A DNA stretch of 64,000 nt from Tubiluchus corallicola (lineage: Eukaryota > Animalia > Priapulida), in NCBI GenBank assembly GCA_030141605.1, contig JAQGDQ010000086.1:181418-245417 (forward strand), written 5' to 3'. The translations under genes and the position numbers were made by a program. Position 1 is the first letter of the stretch; each line of letters begins with the position of its first letter. Positions 52,301-64,000 of the stretch are shown here, piece after piece. The notes beneath the pieces are model-generated. The model was not told where the DNA came from. It did not search any database and saw only the letters and a list, made by a program, of their open reading frames with translations.

Positions 52301-55300
52301 CAAATCCTCTACCAGGAGGCAACTGCGGTTTCTGATCTTCAATAATTTTGCACAGCTTTTTCAAATCACCGACAATTTCAGCGGTAAGTTCAGTATCAAT
52401 GCACGGAATACCTGCCTAACAAAAAGACAGTTAAAACAAACGACATATCATGCAAGGGACTAATATCAGATTTGTGTTGGATAGGATGACCTTTTGCAAT
52501 GCAAACTAGAAAGTGAATGAACTGATCATGTACCAGGGAGGCAAAACCTAGACCAAACACACAACTCATGATTCAGCAGATGCTGTTTGCTAAGCACTCT
52601 TGAATTAAAACAAAGATTTGATTTTGCTCAGATTCATCATCTCTAAGCCATCTTCTGTCATTAATGGGTGGAAGGTGGAGTATATACATATAGACACGCG
52701 TATTATTTAGAGCATAACAATCCTATAACAATGAAAACAATATATTTCAAATTTTTTTTACTAACATTTGCAATTTCCAGATATTGTATTGCTAACCTTT
52801 ATTATTTTCCTTTCTGAGAATTAGGTACTAACAGGTACAGATAGTGCTTTTGGAAAGTAACTTCTTCACACCAGCCCATTTTTATTTTAACACACAACGA
52901 CAAACTACCTGCATGTCATAATTCTGATATGTACTGTAAATCAGTTACTCAATGCTCATTAAAGCAACAAATTCTCAACATGCGTGACAGAATCATTCTA
53001 AATTTTTTTAGTAGTTTGCACACTGTGTTTCGCACAAAGCTGGGGAAAAATTCGTAGGAACTCTGCAGAAGCTCTAACGAAATATGTGTATGGCTCAATA
53101 CAGTATAGTTAGAAAGGTGATAGCCATGGCATTTGATGGAATTTCTTCAATGATAGAGTTTGCCCACATTAATAAAGCAAGATATTTGTAAACATGCATT
53201 GTATTCACTGGTTTGCTCATTATAACAAACTGGTGTTTAAAGACACTACTTCTCTTTATCCCCTTCCCATCCATTGTTGTAGTTGTCTAGGATCAATGTG
53301 AGAATATGTATGCACTTGCAAGTGTCAGCCCAAAAAAGGGTATTGCTTTTCGAAAGCATTCAAATTAGAAATTAAACATGATGAGGCTAGCAGTAACAAT
53401 GCTCTCCAACTGAGAAATCTTTTAAAAACAAGAAGTACCAGAATAGCAGTATCAGTAAGAGAAGTTGTCATAAAGGAGCATCAAGAAGTGAGAGAGATGC
53501 TCGAACTTTTGCTACAAGACAAGTTAGTCACTCGTAAATATACAGCCGTGCTATTGGCCCAAAATTCAGACATTTTCTGAAATGTTTAAACTGACAACTA
53601 TGCAAAAGCTGACATATTTGCTGGAAAACTATATACATATACATTATGCACACAATTAAAATGTCCGTAGTTTTGTTTGCTTATTTAACTGTAGCAGCAA
53701 TCACGATGCACGTCAAAAGTCAGCAATCCTATTGCCATCGATGTCATAGTTAGCATGCAAAAAAATGCACCAACTAGTGAACAAAAGCAAAAAGACATAA
53801 AAAACTACAGGAAAAGTATGCATGTTCCAGTATATACTGTAGTGTGCTTCTTTTCGCCAGTCTGGTTCTTGCCCCCACAAATTTTGCTATTGTGACTGTG
53901 TACAAGTGTTGTGAAGTAAACTTGTTATCACATGTTCTAGTAAATTGTAAAGTAACTTTTTTAAAATTTTCTATATAGCTTGTCACGTTGCCCAAATACA
54001 AATGTAAATTTTATCTCTCTGTGTGATAAACGTTTGTGTGCATTATTATGTGTTATGTTTGTGTTAGAAATGTTTTATTGCTATGTTATTATACTTTTCC
54101 CGTAGGACAAGTAACTGTGTAACCTGGATATATGTGCACCAAGCTTGATATGTGTGTGTGTGTGTGTGTGTGTGCGTGCGTGTGTGTGTGTCGATATATA
54201 TAATAACACATTTAAAAAAGCTAAGAACCAATAAAAATGACTACATTTTCGACGTACACACCTGATGGGACAGCATCATCTCTACAGTTATGTTCCCTTT
54301 ACCGTGTTTGCCAAATTCTGGCCAATGTTTGGTCACCAGGTCTTCATACTTTACCACGCCTCTGTCTACCAAGATAGAAACACATAGAGCAGCAACAGAC
54401 TTGGTCGTTGACCAGAAGACAGACATGGTATCCTCTTGCCAAGGATACTCGCTTTCTTTATCTGCATATCCACCCCACAAATCTACTACTAGTCCATTGT
54501 TGTGGTAAACAGCAAACGCATTGCCATATTGTTCCAGGCCCTTTTCAAAATTTCTCCTGAAAATGACAAGGGTAAGCAAGCAGGTATAACAATAAAATAA
54601 TATAATATACAGCTGAGTAATTAGATGAAAAATAGAAGTTGAAAGTTAAATTAGTGACCTTAGACTACAGTGTAATAGGAACCATAAATTCTAAATGACG
54701 ATTAAATCCCAAGTACAAATGCAAATGAGAATGCATTATAAAATCCTTTCTTGGTGTCTTATATATATCACGAACCTGAACTATAAATCATATGTTTATT
54801 CTATTTATTAACCAATTCAACTGTTTAGAAGAGTCACAGTTATATGTTTAATTACGTCAGAATTCTAAATGCTCAGTGAAGTTAGCTATACTAACACTGC
54901 TGTTCAGCCCATAAAAAGATATGAAAAGATATCCCGCATTTCCTTAAATTAAAATTTTAGGCTTACATATTAGATGAGTAGCTACCACACTAAACTATAG
55001 GGTTGTTCATTGATTCACACCCCATCCAAAAGTGGGACTTGACTGTGAGAAATAGAGTCTTAACAATGAGACTTAACAAGATTGAACAACTTTATGTAGC
55101 AAGGAAAATGGTCGTTTCACCTCAATATAACTCCTCATTAACATTTTGTATCAAAATTAATAAAAAAGCAGTGCTTAGTTCAGTATGGGGGGGGGGGGAG
55201 GCAAATGGCTTTGCAGGAAGGAGAGACTCTACAAGTAAAGCACAGTTAATAAAATCATGTTACACAGCTTACTTAAGTGACATTTACCAGACATCCAGAA

Positions 55301-56364
55301 TGCATTATCCCCCTGCGGAATAGCTGAGTATAAAAGACTCAATAGGAAACAGCTGCAAAAAAAATAACGTATAATACAGGTCTAATAAACGAACGCATTG
55401 AAAATAATATAAACCGATTTCATCTATTCCACATTCGAATCACGCATACTCGTTCCGGATGTTTGGTAAAAGCCACTGAATGATATCAATTGACAATATA
55501 AGCTACAAACTTATGTTAATTGTTGACCTTAAAAGATGATTCTAAATAAACATTACTAACTTCTCCAACAGACTTAGTAAAAAAGGGTATGCATAATTTA
55601 TTATCCGTCATCATTTATTCCTGCAAAGCTAAAGCTTCTAAATACAGGGTGCACCTATGCAAAACCTGTGTGACTTGTCTAATACAAATTATTGCTTGTC
55701 TGTGGGCTAGAAAAAGGTTGCGTTACCAATTTTGTCACACACAGATTTTTGTAAATGAGCAAAATTTCCTGTCAGACAAATTCATCCTGTTCTTGTATGT
55801 GGCTTGGTACAAAAACATATACCAGACAATACATGGTCAGGTCACCGTAAAAAGCAATCAACTAGTCACGTGTCATATATTAATAGAAAACTGAAATTAC
55901 CCAAGTTTGGTTCATACAAAAATTGAAGTGTGCAGGCAAATTTTGTCAGAGACTGTTTGCACCAAGAAATTACTTGCAGACAGATTTTTTACCATGTGCA
56001 ACTACTATTACAATGCATAATAGGTAACTTAGTAAAAAAGCTATGCATAATCTACGGTTTCATTTGTCAGTGGCATGTTGGGATGTTTGGAAATAGTTTC
56101 AGTTTATCTATGGGAAATACACAATGCACCAATGCCTTAAAACACTGTTTTTGTCTTGAACTTTTTTCAGTGCAAATTTTTTTACAAACTGTAAGATTTA
56201 GGTGTTACCATCCTACTTTCAACTTACCGGAAAGCCTGTTCCACCAGTTGAAACTCTGGTTCAGCAGTACCATGCACCTGCACTGGCTGATTATCAGAGC
56301 ACAAGCTAAAATATATTATTACCCCTAACACGAGCACTAGCACCGCTGCTTTCCAAGAAGCCAT
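49332..56364 (-). CDS. Beta-lactamase-related serine hydrolase copy C, about 425 aa, N-terminal signal anchor
   Basis: Seven exons: 56364-56228, 54556-54262, 52415-52190, 51372-51194, 50641-50483, 49872-49774, 49514-49332 (1278 nt). Motifs FWSTTK, MLSHQAG, YHTITHGYL, FGSFGYGRQ. An alternative in-frame ATG lies at 56388. Confidence 0.92.
54151..54191. repeat. (TG)n microsatellite
   Basis: Seen directly. Confidence 0.95.
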
Positions 56365-56784
56365 ACTGTCACAGAAATGTTTCCACATAAAAGGACTATC
56401 ATGTTCAAAATTAGCCAAACAGACAGAGAGGTGTAAAAGGCAAAATTGTTTTTTTGCCACTTATAATATCCATTTAGTGACTGGAGTGCATGACTTGCAG
56501 GTTTTAATTATCCTAAAACAATTAAAAACAAATTGTAGAGCATTTTTTGATAAATTTCTTATCTTATTCCAAGAGCATTTCAGTTGAGCATGACAATAAT
56601 GTCATAATCTCTTATGGTAATCATACACACAATGATGTCTAATATAATTGAAAGTACAATAATAATGCTAGGCGTTGCTTGCACACATTTCAGAAAAAAG
56701 TATAAAAGAGCACAACCAAATAGTGGCCAACCAAGGTAGTTTCCATGACAATATATTCTGTTGGCTCCATGGCAGTTGAGGAGC

Positions 56785-57050
56785 TATCTTCACTGGATTA
56801 TCATCAGGTAGTCTAAGCATATGTCCAATCCATCTTAAACGGCACCTTTTTATTGTTCTTGTCCATGGTTCTAGTTTTATTTTTTCAAATAGATCTTTAT
56901 CTGAGACTTTCTTTGGCCATCCGATACCCAAAATGCTTCTGTAATTTTGCCTTTTTAAACATGTCAACTTCAGCTTTCTGATTTGCTTTTGATGTCCAGA
57001 GCTCAGTATTGTACAGAAATACAGTTTCAACTAAGGCCGAGAATTTTCTA
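56785..57050 (-). mobile_element. RTE-clade LINE 3' ORF remnant (frameshifted)
   Basis: ALVETVFLYNTELWT...ILGIGWPKKVSDKDLFEKIKLEPWTRTIKRCRLRWIGHMLRLPDDNPVK, the typical post-RT region of RTE elements, split over two frames. Confidence 0.8.
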
Positions 57051-57788
57051 ATAACAGTATTGTCAAAGCAGAGTAGAACACTAGCCACAGTAGGATAATT
57101 GCCGTACGTGGGTTAGGTCAAGTAGGATGCTCATACAGGGGCCATGGGCTAGCCCAAGCAGGACAAAGAGACAGTTCGTGAATTGAGTCGTTAACCGTAA
57201 TGGCAGCGTCCGTTGTCCTTGTTTATTTAAAAATAATAATTGAAAATGTCAACACATCATACAATTTATTATACATCTGGTAAAATAAAATAAATAAGAT
57301 TCTGAGCTAGTCAAACGAGCAATATTAAATTTGGCTTCGAGTTAGTCTTTTTGAAGAGAAATAAGCAAGCTCTTTTAGGCGACTCCAACATTAATTTAGT
57401 TAAAGTATATCATTTTTTAATTTGTCTCACTTCACAGACAGGTGATCCATTTCACTACGTGAACAAAATGCGTGTTTTTATCTTGCAAACTGGCACTTTT
57501 TATTGATGTCAGTTTGCTCAGCGATTTGGCAAAGAAGATTGTGTGTATCCACGGTATGATGCCAAACTGATAGCAACTCAGCCAACAAACACAATTTTTA
57601 AGAAAATGAAGAAACTTTCACAGAATTTTAATAATTTGACAAAATTCTGGATGTAAAGTTAAAGGAGTGAGAGAAATCGCTGTGACCTAGTTGGGCTGCC
57701 AATGTATGGCACTAGTTTTCCGCAAATTTAGTGCATGCGCTTTAACAAGTGTCCTACTTCAGCTAGTGGCATACTCTGCGCTCCACAC

Positions 57789-58054
57789 CATCATCATCAT
57801 CCAATGAATCGTATGTCGAATGATATGATTCTGCACACCTCCCCATGCCAGGACTCCCTACTTACTGCAGTGCCCCAAGTGCATTTATCTCTAAGGAGCA
57901 GTGAAAAGTGTTTAAATCTTTCTGTGCAATATCTAAATATGTTAACATTTGTCCTTCTGTGGGTTTTTTGGTGGTTCAATGGCTTGTTGAAGAGTGGCAT
58001 TTGCCCAATCCATCTTAACAAGTATAACAATATAGCGTCCCTCATCATCATCAT
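57789..58054 (-). mobile_element. Short 5'-truncated RTE-like LINE end
   Basis: LRWIGQM and AVSRESW (AxxRxxW-like) remnants followed by a (TGA)n tail. (CAT)4 on both sides. Confidence 0.5.
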
Positions 58055-59885
58055 ATGCCCATTACGTCGACTGTAGACATTGGGCAGGCAGAACTCTAAA
58101 ATGAAAGAAATCTGTCCTCAAGACAGGTAAACACAGCAATTAATACATCAAAAACAAAACATGCTACACCAGTTCAAGTATAACAGTATATTGTAGGCAA
58201 TGACCAAAATCTTTGTTAAAAACCAAACCACAAAACCAAAGAATACAAACCATAAAAGTAGGGAACTTACTGCGCAGTTAGTATCGCCCTAGCGGCACAG
58301 CAGTACGGACTGTTGTCAGGTACGCTATAGCGCAAGCTGTTCGCGCAGCGGTGTGTACTGCGGCAGATGAATTGATGAGACCACCGAAGCCAGGCCGGTT
58401 AACAGGCACTCATAAATTACTCAGCAGTGAGTTGTGAAAACACAAATAAAAATATCTTTTTAAATTTCCCAAGGATGCAGCCAGATAATTATAATAAAAT
58501 GTTAATTATAGCACAGTTTTGTAACTTTTGTTATAAGTTAAATATTTTGTACACTAAGCAAAGACTGCAAGGCCTACATCTCTCTTTGGCGATTTATAGC
58601 AGCTGTTATATTTTTGAATATTATTTAAAGCAAGCACAAGGCATTAAGAATAATTAGTAGTTAAAATAAAACTATTATAATCATATCTCGTGAAAATTAA
58701 TAGGCTTATTTACAAAAGAAGTTAAGAAAGTTGGTCATAAAGAAAGTTCGCAAATACCTGGCTCATGTAGTATTCTATTACTGGAGAAATATTTTTTCTA
58801 AAAACATTCCTATTTTATACGTTCTTATCAAGAATTATAACTTGAAGAAATATTAGGCCTGACTTTCATGTGTAATACCTTTCATAGAAAAAAAATCAAT
58901 TTTTTCAGAAGAGAATTAAATTTTTCCAGAACAAAACTTAATCTAAGCATCTGCATGTTTAGTTAATTCCAAGTTAAAAGATGTTTAAAAAGCATATAAT
59001 CATACATTGGTGGCCTTTGTTATGAGTTGGAGTTGGTTATAAAATCATGTTGAACAAACGGAGATGCATTTACGACATTACTCCTCTTTTTTTATTATCA
59101 GTGGACAAAAAATAACAAAACAAAACATCAGAGCTGTCATCCTAAGCAGCCGACATTACTTCCACCTCTATAACAACCAACTAAGTAGGTCAAAATGAAG
59201 TTACGGAATTCAGGTGAGAAGCCAACCTGGCGCATAAATTAGAGTCTGCACGCGAGTCATAACATCTTATATATCATGTGTAGACGTCACCTATGTTTAG
59301 CCTAACATGTTTAAGATTCAGTTAGGCTTACGTCAAAATAAATGTTCATTAAATACAGTTCGTTTTCGTGTAAAAAATGTACTTGTATAAGCGTACTGAT
59401 AAAACACCTGTGGTTAAATCTTCTGACAAGTCCTGATAAATATTATTTATTGATGGGCTTAAATTAATTGATTTTATACAGGCCTAGGTGCTAAGGGCAA
59501 TCATTTTATATAGTTAAATATATAGGCTCAGCTCCACAGAATTCTTGTATGTAATAATGCATACACCATACATGTATTTGAGTGTGCGTACATGGGTGTA
59601 TCAAGACGTTACAATGCCCTAGGCTGGCAGTTCAGTCCTACTCATTCTACTACTGTAATGATTATTTATATATGAAGCACCGTATGCTATTACTTGTTGT
59701 GTGCATGTGCAAATTATTTATATACAAACCTACAATATAGTATATGTGTAATTATATAGATTAATTGCAGGGCACGTAAATGGGTGCAATTTTTAATGTG
59801 CCAAATTCGCTACCTTGCATTCAGTAAAACGACCAAGAAACAGATGGCAGAATCTTCAACAAAAGGAAAAGAAGGATCTTTGTAT

Positions 59886-59988
59886 CTGTCTCTCTCCCTC
59901 CCTCCGTCTCTCTCTCTCTTTCTCTCTTTCCCTCCCTTTGACTGTCTCTCTTCCTCTCCCTCTCTCTCTCTCTTCCTCTCTTTCTCTC
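59886..59988. repeat. CT-rich microsatellite
   Basis: Seen directly. Confidence 0.9.
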
Positions 59989-60767
59989 TAAGAGAGGGAG
60001 AGAAAAATCAATCAATACATAAAAAATGCATTACTTTTTTACATAGTAGGCAGCCCATCATGCAGTCAGCTAGCTTCTTTCCTCAGGAAGAACAATAAAA
60101 TTTTTCTTACAAGAAAACTGAAGAAGTATTTGCAAGTACATAATACAAACTTATTGCTACGTTTCTTTTTCTTTTCATGAAATGTTTTCGCTTTTTTAAA
60201 CTATTAATTGCTTTTAATTGAGACATTCTTCTTTTATTAAAAGCGCAAAAGTGATATTGGCTTATCGAAACTGCGCATATGCCAACATTATTGGTGAACT
60301 TAAGAATATTATTATTACAGTCAATGCGCTGCTCAAAATTTTTTAATTATCCGCCGTTTGATGCCGTCAGCGTAGCCGCTAATCGCAAAAGCGAAATACG
60401 TAACAATATATTTCGTCATTTCCTCTTAAACACTTTGTGTAATGTTAACTACGCATTTGCGCAATAAATTGAATTGAATTGAAAACTTTTTGATGTTAAC
60501 TCTTGAGTTTGTCGGCCGGTTATTCCCGCAGAACAGTACGGGTATTCCCGTTTCGAAGTATGTATTACTGCGTAATCCAGTATGAGTATTTCCGTTTTGA
60601 AGCTTGCTGAAAAAAGTCTGAGAAAACTGTATATATTCTTAGAACTGATTTCTCCGATTTGTTTTCAAATTTCGTAGAGTCCGAGATTTTACACGGTAAG
60701 TTTAAACTGCATGAACTTTCCTCTGCACTGACCTGAAATATAACATTTATAAACGATTAATAAGAGT

Positions 60768-61285
60768 TGTTAAAGATCTGGGCGTTATAGTTACCGACGA
60801 TTAAGTCAATAACATTGTCACACAAGTTAATCTACGTATTGGCTTGATTAAGCGATGTGCTCTTTCACAAAAAACATCTGTGATCATCCCACTTTTGGAG
60901 TTGTTCAATCTATTCTTGAAGACGCATGTGTTGTACGTTCGCTTCAGTAGACAACGCTCAGGAGTGTCAAAGGACTCAAACCGATGCATTCGTCTGGTTA
61001 GCAATGAATCAACTGTAACTCCTCTCGAACACCGTCGCGAAAATATTGATCTTATAAACTGTTATAAAATCGTGAATGACCTAACAGTTCCGCTGGAAGA
61101 TCATATTTTTTTTCTCGGCCCCCTCGTCTTCTCCATGGACATCACTCGAAAGTGTTTGTTCCTTATTCGTGAAATAATATCTGTTCCCATTTTTTTGCTT
61201 CCATATTGCTAACCCGTGGAACAAATTGCCAACTGCAACTGTAGCTGCACCATCAATTAACTGCTTTAAGGCATCTTTGAAAAGG
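60768..61285 (+). mobile_element. CR1-clade LINE 3' remnant
   Basis: Degenerate VKDLGVIVTDD, LEHRRENIDLINCYKIVN, GHHSK and WNKLPTATVAAPSINCFKASL, matching the CR1 ORF2 C-terminus, with stops and frameshifts. Confidence 0.8.
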
Positions 61286-62133
61286 GACTGCAGTCAAGTT
61301 CAACGCAAGGTAATCTGGAATGACACTATTTGCATGAAATTATGTCTTGCATACATGTACACCTTGCGAACAACTCTAAAAATTCAGTTGAAGTTTACTG
61401 CCCAATTGCTTTAATTACAGAGCACATTGGTACCTGCCTTGAGCGGGAGCTGGAGACGAGGTTTGGGAAGTTCTTCTCCAGTAAAATTTTGAAAATTTGC
61501 AAACGGTTTCCTGCAATCTGAGTCCAAAATAAGCGGGGCTGTATAACACCAATGATCCCTTTAGTTTGCCGGTAAGACTCAAATCGGATTTTTAGCTAAT
61601 ATTCATAGGGTGTTCATGGTCTCGCCCAAAAAATAACAAAGTAACAATTCCAGCAAATGGACAGTCACTTTCACTCTCAGTCACACTCAGCTTCCTTGAG
61701 GGCCCAGGGGATTCCCCTTTCATATAACCAAGAAGTGCGAATTCAGCTAGTTTAGTGTTACAACAGTAGACTGCATGGTATACATGCCTTCTTCACACTT
61801 CACACATGAATATCATGGATGTATGCGGAAATGAAATAATTTTGCCGTGGCAAAAATGAGGGTAGCACCCCCGCTGCTCCCACTGGATCCGCCCATGCAG
61901 ATGTTACGTGTGTTTCTTCTTATGACTAATATTTGTAATTTTTATCTGTTAATTTAGCATTATTGTTCTTAAACAATTGTTAGTGAAACAAGTTGAATTT
62001 CACACTTTCTTTCCTTTACATCCTGGTGACTTGCCTAGAACTTGTTAACCATGTAAATCATCATTTTGTGTCATAACTGTAATTCTGTATTCAGTACGTC
62101 TCATAAATTATTTTTAGAGCTACGTCATCAGCC

Positions 62134-64000
62134 ATGGCAACCGGAGGTGGCGATGCTTCTGCTGTTCCTGTTCCCACTTTTAAAGTATTAAAAGGAACAA
62201 AAGTAAATGCAAGATATGCTAGTCGACGAAACGTGAGTTGTTAATTTAACATTACGAGTGATTTTATTAAATTTAGAAAAGCTAGTAAATAGATTAGTAA
62301 TGTTAATTCATTTTTTGTTACTAAACGTGAAGGATAGGAAATGTGAAAAAGCTGAAATACTGTCTGGATTTGAACTAGGACCTTCTGCTTGTAGGTCTAA
62401 GGCATTTGCTTGCAACTTGCAAGGCAGATACCTTTAGACCACTAGGCCACTATGTTCTCCAGTAACTAAGATTGTCCAAAGTTCAACCTTATATATAGTT
62501 AGTCAACCAAATGCATTTCTAATGTTTAAATTAATCAAAATGAAAATTTATTATTAGCTAGAATGTATGAGCAATCTAACATTGGGAATGCTGAATTTGG
62601 TTGGCCATTTATAAGAGATGGGCTTTGGATAACCTTGATCAGTGAGAAATATGGTGGTTTAAGGCGTCTGCCTTATAATAATAAGGTCTATGGTTCAGAT
62701 CCAGATGTACTCCAACACTTTCACGTTTGCTGTCTTTCAATCAAATGTTTGGCATCAAAATTAATTGTGGATGTGTATTGGTGTAATGGGTAATGGTTAA
62801 CCTGTTAATTAATGACCATGTAATTCTGGGTGTTAGTTTGCGTAGAGGTGTTTTTTTAAAAATGGTCTGCCTTCCATCACAATTATATGTTCAATATCAC
62901 TTGATAAAGTACCTCAGTCAAGCCTGTTTGAAAATTTAAAAAAAGGCATCCTGTGAGAGACAGTAAAGATAATACTGATGTACTGATGTTCCACAGGCCT
63001 GTATTTGGCAACCAAGCTTGACATGCTTCTGGAGTGCTGATTTAAACTATTTGAACAAAAAGGCCCATTGATCAGGGGTAAAAATATTAGGTGGCTGAAA
63101 TAGTATTAGTATTTTATTGACCTTGATCTGAACAAAATTACCACTTTTAAACCGACTTGCATGTTCCTGCTAAATATGTACATTACAAACACAGTGTGTG
63201 GTGCCAAATCATTTGGACATTTCAAATCCACATTTTGTGTGCTGCCTATGTTGCCACCGAATCTTACCATTCCAAAGCCATGTAACTGTGCCACATAATC
63301 TGCGCATTCCTTTTACCTGCAGTTTGTATGTTGTCATGTAACCTGCAAATTCCAAACCCGTAGTTTGTGTGCTGTCACATTGCCTCCACATTCCCAATCC
63401 ACTGTATATGTGCTAGCACATTCCGACTCTAAGCCCACAGATTATATGTTGCTACATAATTCACACATAGAACCCCGCACTATGTGTGCTGCCACATAAT
63501 TTGTATAATCTGAACCCACAGCATGCGTGCTGCCACATAATTTGCACATTCCGAACCCCAGTATGTGTGCTGCCATTTAATCTGCACATTCCGAACCCAC
63601 AGCTTTTATGCTGCCACATAAACTGCACATTTCTGACTTGCAATTCGTGTGTTATATCTGCACATTCTGAACTTTGTGTGTGCAATGTAACTGCACGTTC
63701 CAAATTCAAATTGCATTAATCGCTTTGATTTACCACCTCGTAAGCAGTACAATAGTTTGTGTACCCTTAACCATTTAGTGTGACACTTTGGGCACAAAAA
63801 ATGCACTAGACTAATCATGCTGTTAATAAATTAATTTTTAAGCTCACATCGCATGTTACGATACTACAAATCATTAATAATGTTGTTATTATTGAATGTT
63901 GTTAGGTGTATCCGATGGATTCTACACCACGTGGCTACTGCATGATTATTAATAATGTGGAGTTTGATACAAGAGAGGGTACAGACGAGATTGGCAACAA
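62134..64000 (+). CDS. Caspase-like (peptidase C14) gene, 5' part, truncated by the window end; exons 62134-62232 and 63906->64000
   Basis: gccATGG...RRN|gtgagt (phase 0) joins gttag|VYPMDSTPRGYCMIINNVEFDTREGTDEIGN, matching the caspase large-subunit start YxMxxxPRGxCxIINNxxF...RxGT. Catalytic His/Cys lie outside the window. A possible upstream coding exon is 59844-59881 (MAESSTKGKEGS, phase 2 to acceptor 62118). Confidence 0.8.
62330..62453 (-). mobile_element. tRNA-derived SINE-like element
   Basis: Minus strand has A-box-like TAGTGGCCTAGTGGTCTAAAG and B-box-like AGTTCAAATCC. Similar to the copy at 62652-62738. Confidence 0.55.
62652..62738 (+). mobile_element. tRNA-derived SINE-like element, same family, opposite orientation
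   Basis: GTGGTTTAAGGCGTCTGCCTT...AAGGTCTATGGTTCAGATCCAGATGTACTCCAACACTTTCAC aligns by eye with the reverse complement of 62330-62453. Confidence 0.5.
63195..63705. repeat. Degenerate minisatellite of about 41 bp in the caspase intron
   Basis: Unit similar to ATGTGTGCTGCCACATAATTTGCACATTCCGAACCCACAGC, best conserved at 63482-63625. Confidence 0.8.

Noticed and set aside
37479-54508. Recurrent plus-strand ORFs (FPLPCLPNSGQ...) at 37597, 47837 and 54290
   Set aside because: Antisense shadows of the conserved hydrolase exon 2.
32829-56364. Bacterial contamination or recent horizontal transfer of beta-lactamase resistance genes
   Set aside because: Each gene has six conserved spliceosomal introns and host-like composition. 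Antibiotic hydrolysis cannot be inferred from the fold.
61440-61897. MITE ending in CTGGATCCGCCCATG
   Set aside because: One terminus resembles a common invertebrate repeat end, but no matching left TIR was found.
62134-62184. Ran GTPase N-terminus (…VPTFK)
   Set aside because: No LVLVGDGG exon follows. The frame continues to a strong donor at 62233 and joins a caspase exon.
63106-63818. Cys/His-rich ORFs as zinc-finger genes
   Set aside because: They derive from the 41-bp minisatellite, whose period is not a multiple of 3, inside the caspase intron.

Overview
AT-rich, intron-containing eukaryotic (most likely invertebrate animal) genomic DNA. It is not prokaryotic, and most ORF-track entries are spurious. 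Splicing was reconstructed by hand from GT-AG sites and codon phase. (1) The 5' part of a PHACTR-family gene (RPEL/PP1 regulator) lies on the minus strand from about 31.6 kb toward the window start, with several candidate alternative first exons and promoters. (2) A head-to-tail tandem array of three intact 7-exon beta-lactamase-fold serine hydrolase genes (about 425-428 aa, N-terminal signal anchor) spans 32.8-56.4 kb on the minus strand. All three keep SxxK and the catalytic Tyr, but carry Ser where the third (HxG) motif usually has His, and their exon 4 is highly divergent. (3) The 5' end of a divergently oriented caspase-like gene with a short prodomain lies on the plus strand at 62.1-64 kb. 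Introns and intergenic DNA hold a pogo/Tigger-type non-autonomous element, MITEs, RTE and CR1 LINE remnants, tRNA-derived SINEs, minisatellites and microsatellites. The best candidate for something undescribed is the hydrolase array and its very tight copy C to copy B junction. No database searches were run, so novelty is unverified.
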